From the NCBI GenBank assembly GCA_016839515.1, contig JAEOUE010000185.1, positions 1 to 14,269 of the forward strand: 14,269 nt of DNA, written 5' to 3'. Under the pieces are notes generated by a model, which was not told where the DNA came from, made no database searches, and was given only the letters and a program-made list of their open reading frames with translations. Below are positions 1 through 9,600 of this stretch, one piece after another (the first letter of the stretch is position 1; every line of letters starts with the position of its first letter). This stretch comes from Candidatus Hodarchaeum mangrovi (GTDB lineage: Archaea > Asgardarchaeota > Heimdallarchaeia > Hodarchaeales > Hodarchaeaceae). The position numbers and the translations under genes are program-made.

Positions 1-325
1 TCTTTTAAATCATATTATTCTATTTAGTTCAATCTCTCTCTTCAAATGAAAGTGTTAAGAAAAATTTAAATCAGTTTATTTTGAATTAGTCTTTTGCGAC
101 AATAATCCAATATAATCTTTCGATTAATGATCAATTTAATTCTTTAGATTTAATATTGGCGATTTTTCTAGTATGGTTACTCTTATTAGTCTTTATTAAG
201 ATGTTTTTTCTTGAAATATATCTGCTAAATGTTTCAATCATATTTGTCTCAAATGATATTCTTATTTGGTCGAATGTGTGCAATAGCATTAAATTTTTAG
301 AGTATTTTCAGGCGGAATTTTTCTT

Positions 326-952
326 ATGGTATTTGATAGAGATATCCGTTTAACTATTCTTGGTCACACGGGAGTCGGGAAAACGAGTTTACTCAAACGA
401 TTGAAAGCGGAAGATCAAGCTCAAATTGAGAAAACTCTCGATATTACCATTGAAAAGAAAAAACTAACGCTTTTATCGAGCACCAAACAATCTAGGCTTT
501 CATTAGAAAGATATCGTAAATATAACTTGATTGCAGTCGATAATCCCGGTGATTTTAAACTTCGGAGAAAATGGCGAGAAGCAATGCGGAAATATAAAAC
601 TCATGGCATCTTATTCATGTTAGATCCTACACAGGCTGTAGAAGCTCAACGTGTAGCAATGGAAGACTCATTTAATTATTTTTTAGATAGTTTAAGCCTT
701 GATCCAGATAAAGCAGATAAGAAAGCGAAAAATAAGAAATCATTATTCTTTTTTGTTGTTAATAAAATGGATGCTATTGATTATGACGAAGGAAGAGCAA
801 AAAAATTCCTTAATGAGTTTGAAACAGTTATGAATGATTATAAAATCACTTTTCCCTTTGCAATCTTTCAAAAAGCCTTTATTAGTGTTTTAAATTCTCC
901 ATATGAAGAAATTGATAGTATTTTTGAAAAGTGTAAACGTTCACTTTATTAA
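326..952 (+). CDS. Ras-superfamily (Arf-like, divergent) small GTPase, 208 aa
   Basis: G1 GHTGVGKTS, G2 Thr37 (EKTLD), G3 DNPG, G4 NKMD, probable G5 ISVL. LRRKW after G3 resembles Arf switch II (RxxW). Single G-domain size. Confidence 0.88.
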   Translation: MVFDRDIRLTILGHTGVGKTSLLKRLKAEDQAQIEKTLDITIEKKKLTLLSSTKQSRLSLERYRKYNLIAVDNPGDFKLRRKWREAMRKYKTHGILFMLDPTQAVEAQRVAMEDSFNYFLDSLSLDPDKADKKAKNKKSLFFFVVNKMDAIDYDEGRAKKFLNEFETVMNDYKITFPFAIFQKAFISVLNSPYEEIDSIFEKCKRSLY

Positions 953-973
953 AGAGAGAATCAGTGCACCAAG

Positions 974-1951
974 ATGAGTAATCTACATCAGATAATTGTT
1001 AGAAATATTCCTGAAAAAGGTCTAGATGTAGTCGCAACCACACTCTTACAACCAAATATAGATATCACTCCTTTTGTGCCTGTACAGGTTAATCTGGGGA
1101 TAGACCAATGTTGTTTAACAAAATTTAGATATTCTTCTCGAAGTATTGGATTACGTTTTACCTTAAATGACGGAAATGATGATTATGGTCGCCCTAGAGC
1201 TAAAACTCATACATTTATTATTAAAAATGAGTTCTTTCAGGAAAAATCAATACAATTCTTTATTTCACCATTAATTTTAGGACTATTAACAGCAGAAGAG
1301 ACAAAAATTCTTGACATAAAAGACTTTGAAGTTATGCCTCCTTTTCCGATCTCTTCACGATTGGTTGAACATGCTTTGTGTAAACATCAGTTTCTTTTAA
1401 CAAGTCATCGTATGATTCCTTCTTTAGAGCTGATTCAGATTTTTGGATCGATTGATAGAGTTATTCCTCCACCATTCAATCCTGCATTTACATTTCAAAC
1501 TCTAGTACCGAGTATGGCTGAAAAAACTATTAAATCGGTAAGCTTGATCTATTCTCCTCAAAATTTTCCTAATTTTACTGATCTTGATCAATTAATGAAT
1601 ACATGTTCAGAATATGAATCTATCCGAACTTTAACTAATTGCCTGTCAGATCTTCCTCTTTTACGACACTTCCAAAGAAAATTATTACTTAATATCCCCG
1701 AAAAACGTTTAGGCTTCAAAATTCGCTGGCGGTTTGGAATTAAGGCTTTTTCTGAGAGTAAAAAGACATTAGAGAACGAAATGCTTGGAATAAGACCTGA
1801 AGATAAAATTTTAATTCTAGAGGGTCAGTTTAAGGGATTAATGGGACGAGTTGTTTCTATAAGTCATGAAAAGAAAATAATCCTTGTGGAAATCTTAACT
1901 TCCCCTTCAGATCAAGTCTCTCTTCCTTTAGATGCTGTTTCTCTTCGTTAA
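974..1951 (+). CDS. Hypothetical protein: putative GAP1-N/GAP1-M-like (DENN-like) module plus C-terminal KOW domain
   Basis: 325-aa ORF 21 bp after the GTPase stop. N-terminal LHQIIV..G.DVVATT and DDYGRPRAKTHTFII, middle IFGSIDRVIPPPFNPAFTFQTL, C-terminal GIRPEDKILILEGQFKGLMGRVVSI (KOW consensus). ORF is confident; the N-terminal and middle domain calls are by eye only. Confidence 0.6.
   Translation: MSNLHQIIVRNIPEKGLDVVATTLLQPNIDITPFVPVQVNLGIDQCCLTKFRYSSRSIGLRFTLNDGNDDYGRPRAKTHTFIIKNEFFQEKSIQFFISPLILGLLTAEETKILDIKDFEVMPPFPISSRLVEHALCKHQFLLTSHRMIPSLELIQIFGSIDRVIPPPFNPAFTFQTLVPSMAEKTIKSVSLIYSPQNFPNFTDLDQLMNTCSEYESIRTLTNCLSDLPLLRHFQRKLLLNIPEKRLGFKIRWRFGIKAFSESKKTLENEMLGIRPEDKILILEGQFKGLMGRVVSISHEKKIILVEILTSPSDQVSLPLDAVSLR
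1781..1948 (+). other. KOW/SH3-like domain resembling the C-terminal domain of archaeal Spt5/NusG (aa 270-325 of the 974..1951 ORF)
   Basis: MLGIRPEDKILILEGQFKGLMGRVVSISHEKKIILVEILTSPSDQVSLPLDAVSLR matches the pattern GD.V.I..GPFKG..G.V..vd.....v.VE.......v.v..d.v. Confidence 0.75.
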
Positions 1952-1980
1952 CAAAAAAATCTTCATCTTTGACTTATTAA

Positions 1981-2235
1981 TCAATTTCCGTTCTTTAATA
2001 GCTCCTCAGCATTATTAATATGTTGAATAAGGCTTGCAACTACTTCAGGATCAGTTTCATTAAGGATTGCTTGCTTTAAAATTTCTTTACTCTCAAAATA
2101 ATTATATTTTGCTAAATATTGTCCTGCAAACATCCGTTCATATTTATCAGGATCATTTTCCAACTTTTCAATCATTTTAGAAAGTAATTCAGATTTGGGA
2201 AGCTCTCGAGTTTGTTCATCGACCAATTTTCTCAT
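1981..2235 (-). CDS. Small HEAT/PBS-lyase-repeat protein, 84 aa
   Basis: LENDPDKYERMFAGQYLAK..SKEILKQAILNETDPEVVASL fits about two HEAT_PBS-type helical repeats (L.D.d..vR..Aa..L). Confidence 0.65.
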   Translation of the reverse strand: MRKLVDEQTRELPKSELLSKMIEKLENDPDKYERMFAGQYLAKYNYFESKEILKQAILNETDPEVVASLIQHINNAEELLKNGN

Positions 2236-2346
2236 TCAGAGGAAAAATAATTTTTCTTATATGAGTCGCGTTCAATAATAGGAAAAAAATTTCTTGTCGA
2301 GGATTTTAACTTTCCTAACAAGTTATTAGATAGTTTGGATTCTACA

Positions 2347-3057
2347 ATGGCTTCAAAATACAAATCTTTACATTCTTCCAGTGAAATTGATCATATTTTG
2401 ACCAAGCTTACCAATGCAAAAGAAGAAATGGTTGATCCCCTTGTTACCCAGCTTTCAAAGACAAAGAAAGATCCATTTAGAATTTTAATTGCTACAATTC
2501 TGAGTCTTCGAACTAAGGATGAAACCACATATAAAGCTAGTAAAGACTTATTTAAAATCGCAGATACCCCTGAAAAGATTTTAGCTATCCCAATTACTGA
2601 ACTAGAGAAAATAATCTATCCAGTTGGATTTTATCGCCGTAAATCACAAGTAATTAGGGAGATTTGTGAGCAATTAATTAAGAATTATCACGGACAAGTC
2701 CCTGACTCTCTTGAGGAATTATTAAGCTTTAAAGGAGTGGGTAGGAAGACAGCAAATTTAGTAATTACAATGGGTTTTGGAAAACCTGGCATTTGTGTCG
2801 ATGTTCACGTTGCGCGTATAACTCAGCGAATTGGAATTGTTCCAATAAAGGGGATTAAAGATGGTAAAATTATTTTTCACGATGCAGATAATGTAGAATT
2901 AATTTTAAGAAAAATTCTTCCTTCTAAATGGTGGATCTCAATCAATGATATATTAGTTCGTTGGGGCCAAAATATTTGTACCCCAATCAGCCCTAAATGT
3001 AGTATTTGTGTTATTTCTTCTGATTGTCATAAAATTGGAGTCGAAAAATCGAGGTAA
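2347..3057 (+). CDS. nth: Endonuclease III (HhH-GPD DNA glycosylase/AP lyase, 4Fe-4S)
   Basis: DPFRILIATILSLRTKD, GFYRRK, HhH LLSFKGVGRKTANLV with catalytic Lys, CVDVHVARI with catalytic Asp, Fe-S motif CTPISPKCSICVISSDC (C-x6-C-x2-C-x5-C). In-frame ATG at 2347 preferred over TTG at 2335. Confidence 0.95.
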   Translation: MASKYKSLHSSSEIDHILTKLTNAKEEMVDPLVTQLSKTKKDPFRILIATILSLRTKDETTYKASKDLFKIADTPEKILAIPITELEKIIYPVGFYRRKSQVIREICEQLIKNYHGQVPDSLEELLSFKGVGRKTANLVITMGFGKPGICVDVHVARITQRIGIVPIKGIKDGKIIFHDADNVELILRKILPSKWWISINDILVRWGQNICTPISPKCSICVISSDCHKIGVEKSR

Positions 3058-3060
3058 AAA

Positions 3061-4212
3061 TTAATATTTTATTTTAGATGACCTAATGGTTTTAAATGAA
3101 CCAGCAACATATTTTTCTGTCTCGTGACCTCCTCTAAACAAATTTGTGTTGAACCCTCGTTCTCTTGCAAGAGAATATGTAATTAATTCTATTGGAATAG
3201 TAAAGACTAAAGGACTTAAAGGTTCAAAACTTGGTAGAGGAAGGAAAAGATTCGTTCGGGCTGTTTCCCCAGAAATGGTATCATTTGCTAAAATAAGAGA
3301 AGAAGCCCCTATTTCTTCAGAAATTATAGGTTGAATTTCCATTATTCGTTCCCATGAAGCTTGATCAGGTGCTAAAAATATAACTGATGAATTAGAATTG
3401 GTTATAAAGTATTGAGTATGACAATATTCCTCTATATCACTTGCATACCCATTTAAAGTAAATTCAAACATTTTATAGGCTCCAAATAGGGCTGTTGCAC
3501 TATTTGCACCTGATCCAATAAAAATTACTTTTTCAGAACATTTCGATAAGATTTTCCCCCACGAAATGAATTGAGACTTCATTGCTAGGACTTTTTTAAT
3601 TAAAGAAAATGATTCAAACACCTTTCTTAAAGCCTGGTTTTTTTTTAATGTTAAATTAGCCATTAAAACACTTAAAACCGCAATATTAGCAAGATAAGTC
3701 TTAGTTTGAGCCACATTATGATGATAACCAACATAATCCTTGGCTCCTGATATCCTATAAGGTGTTGTTTCCAATGATTCAGGTGGAGAAGCATGAATAA
3801 AGATAACCTCGTCTGATTCAGTTGCTAATTTTCCTTTAGGATTATCAGTTATCCCTATTGTGTATGCTCCTCTTTTTTTTGCATATCTAATAGCCTCAAT
3901 AACACGAGGAGTGTTACCAGAAACAGATAATCCAATTATAACACTTTTTGTAAATTTATGGTGGGAAGTAAAATTCACTAGATTAAAAGGAGTATAATGT
4001 TCAACTGTATAATTTTGAAGCCAATTTTTTCCAAGATAAGACCCATATCTTGCTGCACAGTAACTATCTCCCGAACCTGTTATGATAATTTTTTGAAGTC
4101 GATTATCTTGAATGTTACTGGCTAATTGGTAGATAAATTCATCCTCTGCAATTAAATTTGTTATTAAGGGTTGCTCTAAAATTTCTTCTATCATAAAATC
4201 CGGTTTAGACAT
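3061..4212 (-). CDS. Double SIS-domain sugar-phosphate isomerase/deaminase (GlmS C-terminal, FrlB or GlmD-like; no glutaminase domain)
   Basis: MIEEILEQP, TGSGDSY, SVSGNT, AQTKTY, second SIS GSG...AYKMFE...EEYCH. The EEY.H form resembles FrlB/deaminase-type members. 383 aa with no N-terminal Cys GATase domain. Confidence 0.85.
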   Translation of the reverse strand: MSKPDFMIEEILEQPLITNLIAEDEFIYQLASNIQDNRLQKIIITGSGDSYCAARYGSYLGKNWLQNYTVEHYTPFNLVNFTSHHKFTKSVIIGLSVSGNTPRVIEAIRYAKKRGAYTIGITDNPKGKLATESDEVIFIHASPPESLETTPYRISGAKDYVGYHHNVAQTKTYLANIAVLSVLMANLTLKKNQALRKVFESFSLIKKVLAMKSQFISWGKILSKCSEKVIFIGSGANSATALFGAYKMFEFTLNGYASDIEEYCHTQYFITNSNSSVIFLAPDQASWERIMEIQPIISEEIGASSLILANDTISGETARTNLFLPLPSFEPLSPLVFTIPIELITYSLARERGFNTNLFRGGHETEKYVAGSFKTIRSSKIKY

Positions 4213-4353
4213 TAAATATAACCTAGTGTAAGTTTTTTATATCTATAAAGTTAAAATATGCTCTTAACAAAAATATCTTTAATTTAAAATGTGTATTTTG
4301 AGTGTTTTTAATTTCCTTTGTGGCTTCCTAAATATAGTTGTGACCATAAAAGA

Positions 4354-6597
4354 TTATTCAAAAATATAATCTGAATCAATACTTAAACGGTCTAGTGATT
4401 CAGATCTTTGTTCAAGCTGTTCTAGTGTGAATTTAACTTGCTCTTGGATTTTATTTATTAGATCTGGACCAAATCCAGGAATCTGTATTAAATCTGAATA
4501 GGATGTTTCATGTAGCTTATGAATATCACGAATACCACGATTTAATAAAGCACGAGCTCGTTTACGACCAATTCCCTTCACTTTGGTAAGACTGATGGCA
4601 TCATTTTTAATTCCATATTCAATTCTCTCGCTCAGAGAACGGGCTATTTTAGCATATTTCTGATATTGCCTGTTGTATCTTTTTTTCAAATCTGCAATTT
4701 CAGATATCGCAGACATTATCCATGTTGCAGTCTCAACTATTCGATGAATATCTCCTGATCCGATTTTATACTTCATAACTAAATTTTCTACTGGATATTC
4801 ACGAATCCAATCATAAAGGAATAACACAGTCTGAAAATCTCGCACACGAAATTCATACTCGATATCCTGAAAATAGTCTGGCACAGGACGAATTAATCGA
4901 TTTTTATATTTTTTTAATCCCTTTTCTACAGTTTTCCAGCCTTTTTTATAAAAAGAAAGAGAAATCATGTCAGGTGTTCCCACAAGAAGATCCAAAAGAG
5001 CAATTGAGTGAATCTTGAACCTTGGATTTATAATGACAGTTTCCAAGGCATCGATAATACTCGCAGCAGTTTCTGGATCTAAATAGAGTTGACTTACACG
5101 AATACCATAAGGAGTGGCTTGCAGAGTTTCAGTAGCATTTAAAGGCGAAATCATTTTCCAAATAATTAACAAATCAATAATTTTCCTTATTTTTCCCTCT
5201 AAAAGAATAGCTTCAAATTGAAATCCATAAAAAGTCTTATCAAAGAAATTTAGAAGTTCTGGTATATTATTTACAACTTTTGACGCAATCAATCCAAGAA
5301 TATTTCGACGAAGTGCAGGTTCAGCAGCTAATTTAGAATAAATATCTTCAGGATCTCGTAAAATATATCTTTCCATCAACCAATATATTGATTCGGGTCT
5401 TTTAGCTATGAGAATCGATTCTCCTTCCGAATCAAATTGCGGTCGCCCTGCACGTCCCACCATTTGTTTATATTCAAGTGTTTTAATTGGGTGGGAACCC
5501 TCTTCTACGGAATATCGGAATACACTCGTAATTATTACACGTTTAGCTGGGATATTTATCCCAGCAGCTAATGTTGGCGTTGCACAAATGATCTTCAAAA
5601 ATCCATCTTTAAATGCTTGTTCAACAATTTCACGTTGAGTAGAATTTAGCCCTGCATGGTGAAAACTGGCTCCATTTCCAAGTATTTCTGCTAGTTTTAT
5701 TGAAAGAGGATCCGAAATGCTTCGAAGTATATTGTGTGAAATTTCATCAAGTTGTTTTAGATCACGGCTAGTGAGAAATTCTTTAACATTTTTTCCAAGC
5801 TTTTCTGCTGTAGATACTGCAGTGCGACGGGAGGGTGTAAAAATTAAGACCTGTTCATCAGCATGAATAGAATCAAGCACCAGATTTACAAGAGGATCTT
5901 TTCGGTGATACGAAATCTCTCTGGATGAATTATCAGGAAAAGTAATTGTTTCCTCAAAATAAATACCTTCTTTCAAAGGAACCGGACGCCAATCACTTTC
6001 TACAAGCTCAGCACCTAGCCAATCTGCAATTTCGTCAGAATTTCCCACTGTTGCACTTAATGCTAAGATCTGAGCGTTTGGATTTTCAATTAATAATCGT
6101 GCAAGCAATATTTCAAGGGTTGGACCACGATGTTGATCATTTAAAAGATGACATTCATCTATAATAACTAAAGTTACTTGATCCTGGATCCATTGTGCTC
6201 TGTGACGAAGTAACGCATCTAATTTTTCGTTTGTTGATACTATTATATCATAATTTGGTAAGTAATCATCTTTTGAATCATAATCTCCTGATGAAATAGC
6301 AACCCGAACCCCAAGAGGTTTAAAACGTTGAAAAGAATGATATTTTTCTGATGCTAACGCACGTAATGGACTAAGATATATTACTTTACCTTTTTGTTCT
6401 AAAATATGTTTAAGTGCTGCTAATTCTGCGAGAAGTGTTTTTCCTGCAGCAGTAGGGATTGCAATAACTAGATTCTTATTTTCGAATAATCCCTTATGAA
6501 CTGCATCCGCTTGAGGAGGATATAACTGTTTAATTCCATCTACTTCTGTAATAAGTTTCTTGATATTAATATCTAAATGTAAATCTGTTATTAACAT
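4354..6597 (-). CDS. hel308: Ski2-family ATP-dependent DNA helicase Hel308 (Hjm)
   Basis: Q motif LYPPQ, Walker A IPTAAGKT, PLRALASEK, DECH, LSAT, WRPVPL, FHHAGL, TPTLAAGINIPA, QMVGRAGRP, C-terminal GIGRKRAR and HhH; 747 aa. Confidence 0.95.
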   Translation of the reverse strand: MLITDLHLDINIKKLITEVDGIKQLYPPQADAVHKGLFENKNLVIAIPTAAGKTLLAELAALKHILEQKGKVIYLSPLRALASEKYHSFQRFKPLGVRVAISSGDYDSKDDYLPNYDIIVSTNEKLDALLRHRAQWIQDQVTLVIIDECHLLNDQHRGPTLEILLARLLIENPNAQILALSATVGNSDEIADWLGAELVESDWRPVPLKEGIYFEETITFPDNSSREISYHRKDPLVNLVLDSIHADEQVLIFTPSRRTAVSTAEKLGKNVKEFLTSRDLKQLDEISHNILRSISDPLSIKLAEILGNGASFHHAGLNSTQREIVEQAFKDGFLKIICATPTLAAGINIPAKRVIITSVFRYSVEEGSHPIKTLEYKQMVGRAGRPQFDSEGESILIAKRPESIYWLMERYILRDPEDIYSKLAAEPALRRNILGLIASKVVNNIPELLNFFDKTFYGFQFEAILLEGKIRKIIDLLIIWKMISPLNATETLQATPYGIRVSQLYLDPETAASIIDALETVIINPRFKIHSIALLDLLVGTPDMISLSFYKKGWKTVEKGLKKYKNRLIRPVPDYFQDIEYEFRVRDFQTVLFLYDWIREYPVENLVMKYKIGSGDIHRIVETATWIMSAISEIADLKKRYNRQYQKYAKIARSLSERIEYGIKNDAISLTKVKGIGRKRARALLNRGIRDIHKLHETSYSDLIQIPGFGPDLINKIQEQVKFTLEQLEQRSESLDRLSIDSDYIFE

Positions 6598-6628
6598 TTG
6601 AGATCCAAGTTTTTAAGGAAATAATATA

Positions 6629-9600
6629 TTATGGCCTCTTTACATGACCTGATTGAGGTTCAAACAATACCCCACGACGAACCATCTCATCAATTGTTCG
6701 TATGACATCTTGTCTGTCCATATCAGCCTCAACTGCTTTATCAACAATCATTTTTTTAGCTACAGGTTCATCATCAGCTTCTTCTAATAATTTATCAATT
6801 AATGCCTCTATTCGATCCAATTTTCTTCGAGAACCTGCACTAACATCTGAAGAGTATTTATCAATATCAAATTTTCCAGTTTCAGCATCCTTCGCTAGTT
6901 TTTCCAATGTAGACTCCATTAGATTTATTGCACCAGAAGCATCATCATAACTAACTTCATCACTTAACCGCATTTTAGCGCGAGCTTCTGATAACCGAAT
7001 AAGTGCCTCAAGCTGACGAGGAGTAATTGCAATTGGATCAGGACCTTTTTCATCTATTGTTCCACTTTCTCTACGTAATTTTTTATAATATTCAAGTAAA
7101 CGTTCCTGTGCTTGATCGCTTAGACGAGGTTTAACTTCCCGTCGAGCATAAGCAATGTATTTCCGTAACAAGTTGTGTTCAATAGGAGGAGATACAGGTA
7201 AAACACGGGACTTATGCAATGTTAAGATATGAGAGGCCTTATCATGATCTTCTTTTTCATCAGGTCGATCTTCAAGAACAAAAATTAGATCAAATCTTGA
7301 CAAAATAGTGGCAGGTAAGTTTAAATTATCAGCGGTCCCTTTGTAAGGATTCCATCGACCACGTCTAGGATTAGCTGCTGCTAAAATGGAAGTTCGTGCA
7401 TTAAGAGTAGCAACAATCCCTGCTTTAGCTATTGAAATGGTATTATGAAGAATTAGTCCATGACTTACAAAGGTCCTTGTGGGATTTACTGTAACATCGT
7501 AAACCCAATCAGTCTTATTTTTATCTGCATTTGGTATTCTCTCAACTTTTTTTATTCTTAACCATTTAAATTGCTTTAGTTTTTCGATATAAGAAATACT
7601 CTTTTTTACATCAGAGAGAATTTCGTGAAAGACAATTCTCGATACATCCAATACTGAAGTCCTATATTGTAAAATATAACCTCCATTTTCAACATAGTCA
7701 ATTATTCCTCTCTTTTCCCCGATCATTCTTGCTAGCTGCGCTTGTGAATATCCAATTGTTTCGCGAAATTGACGTAAGTCAGAAATATCTGGAAGAATAT
7801 TCTCTAAGACAAAGATTCTTTCCTTTAAAGCTTCCAAATATTTATCAATGACTTTTATTGTAATTCCATAATTTCCATTCAGATATTGCTGGAAATATCC
7901 ATTATAAGGTAATCCTAGGCGCTTCATGCATTCTTTAATTATCCTACCAGTGCCAGAGGGGAGGACATCATAACTTCTATATTTTCTCTTACTCCTTTGA
8001 ACTAATAATTTTAATTTTTCATTGTTTCGAAGATCAGGAATTACAATTTTTACAAATCGGCTAAGATGGTCTCCACGAATATAGACTTTATAACGAACAC
8101 GTGATTCTTTTCCCATAATGGTAAGGTAATCACTGGAAACAATTCGGGTGTGAATACCTAAAGAGAGCAATAAATCTTGATAATCCTGTGCCAATCCTTT
8201 TGAAGAAGTCGAATAAACACAAGATTCTGTTTCAATTGAACCATCCCCATGAAATGCAGCATTAAGAAAAGCTATACGGCAATTTCTATCACTAGAGAAT
8301 AGTAGAGAAGGTATACGTCTTTCTAGACTTTTTTTCATTAAATTGGGAAAATTATAATGTAGATAATTATAAACGGATTTAGAAAGGATTCTTAAAATAC
8401 GATTATTCTTTGTATTATCTATAGGAATTATATGAAAAGTTTCTCTGATCACTTTTTTCATGTCTTGGATTATTTTAGCTTTAGTGTTGCTTAAACCTAC
8501 TTCCATTGTAGATCCTTCACATGAATAACCTTCTGTTACGTAATAGCCCAAAAATCGAGCTAAGGATTCAGTAAGAGAAGTTGGTAGATTAGTCTCTTTT
8601 CGACCAGGATCGATATTTTTTTCTAATTTAATCTGTTTATTCGAAAAATGAATGATTCGAGGACTTGGAACAAAAGAATCTACCTGTATTTCGTCGGCAG
8701 GAATTTCATCTATGTGTTCTCCATGAAATATGAAAATAGGATGTTCTGGTGTAACAAGAATATCTCTTCCATTAGAATAGGTAAGTCTAACAAAGGAATC
8801 GGGAGCTTCGTGGCGACTAACTTGAGTAATTTTCTGGTGAAAAAACTGATTAAAATCACAAGAGTACAGACTTTCTTCTAGATGATCCAGTGGTAGAATT
8901 TCACAATTAACTCCATTGATTGTCTTCTCAGTATCCTTTGCTAGAAGGTTATCAACATAAGCACCAATAGGTGTCTTTAATCCGTTTGATAAGGATATTT
9001 CGAAAGAGGGGTGATAAGAATGCTGCTCCATCGCTTCATGAATGGCTGTACGATCTTCTGGTCGCATTTTATCGAATTCATCGACCATGGCGATACCCTG
9101 ATCAGCTAATACCAATGCACCTGCTTCTAACGTTATTTCACCAGTATCTTGATCGCGAATTACAGCTGCAGTTAAACCAGCTGCTGTACTTCCTTTTCCG
9201 GAGGTATAAAGTGCTCTAGGTGCAAGATATGCAACAAATTTCAATAATTGACTTTTTCCAACTCCTGGGTCTCCAATTAAAAGGATATTTAATTCTCCCC
9301 GAAGCTTTACACCATCAGGTGTTTCCTTAGAACTACCCCCAAATAGAAGAGTCGCAATTGCTTCCTTCACAGAGTCAAATCCATAAATCGAGGGAGCTAA
9401 TGAGTCACGGATTTTCTCAATAATATATGGAGATTTAGACAGATCAATTATTTTCAGTTCATCTTCTTCTGAAATCTCAATATCCACATACTCTTTCGTC
9501 TCCTTACTGATGGAAATACCTTGAAAAAATTTAGTATAGGTTGCTAGTTGGCCTCGCTTTAATAATCGACTTGCACGAGCTTTCAGTACTCCTACTACTT

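Noticed and set aside
156-353. 65-aa hydrophobic ORF with TTG start overlapping the GTPase start
   Set aside because: Composition is what T-rich non-coding DNA yields; no motif, and it overlaps a real gene out of frame. A small membrane protein cannot be fully excluded.
974-1951. Calling this gene spt5/nusG
   Set aside because: Archaeal Spt5 is roughly half this length and has an NGN domain; only the KOW part matches here.
2236-2259. In-frame TGA immediately before the HEAT ORF start, as possible selenocysteine read-through
   Set aside because: A TAA stop lies a few codons further upstream with no ATG in between, so there is no extended frame.
2335-2346. TTG start for nth given in the ORF track
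   Set aside because: An in-frame ATG lies four codons downstream at 2347 and is the simpler choice.
3146-3334. 62-aa + strand ORF
   Set aside because: Antisense shadow inside the SIS gene with no recognisable motif.
5408-6164. Two + strand ORFs (5408-5638 and 5946-6164)
   Set aside because: Antisense shadows of hel308.
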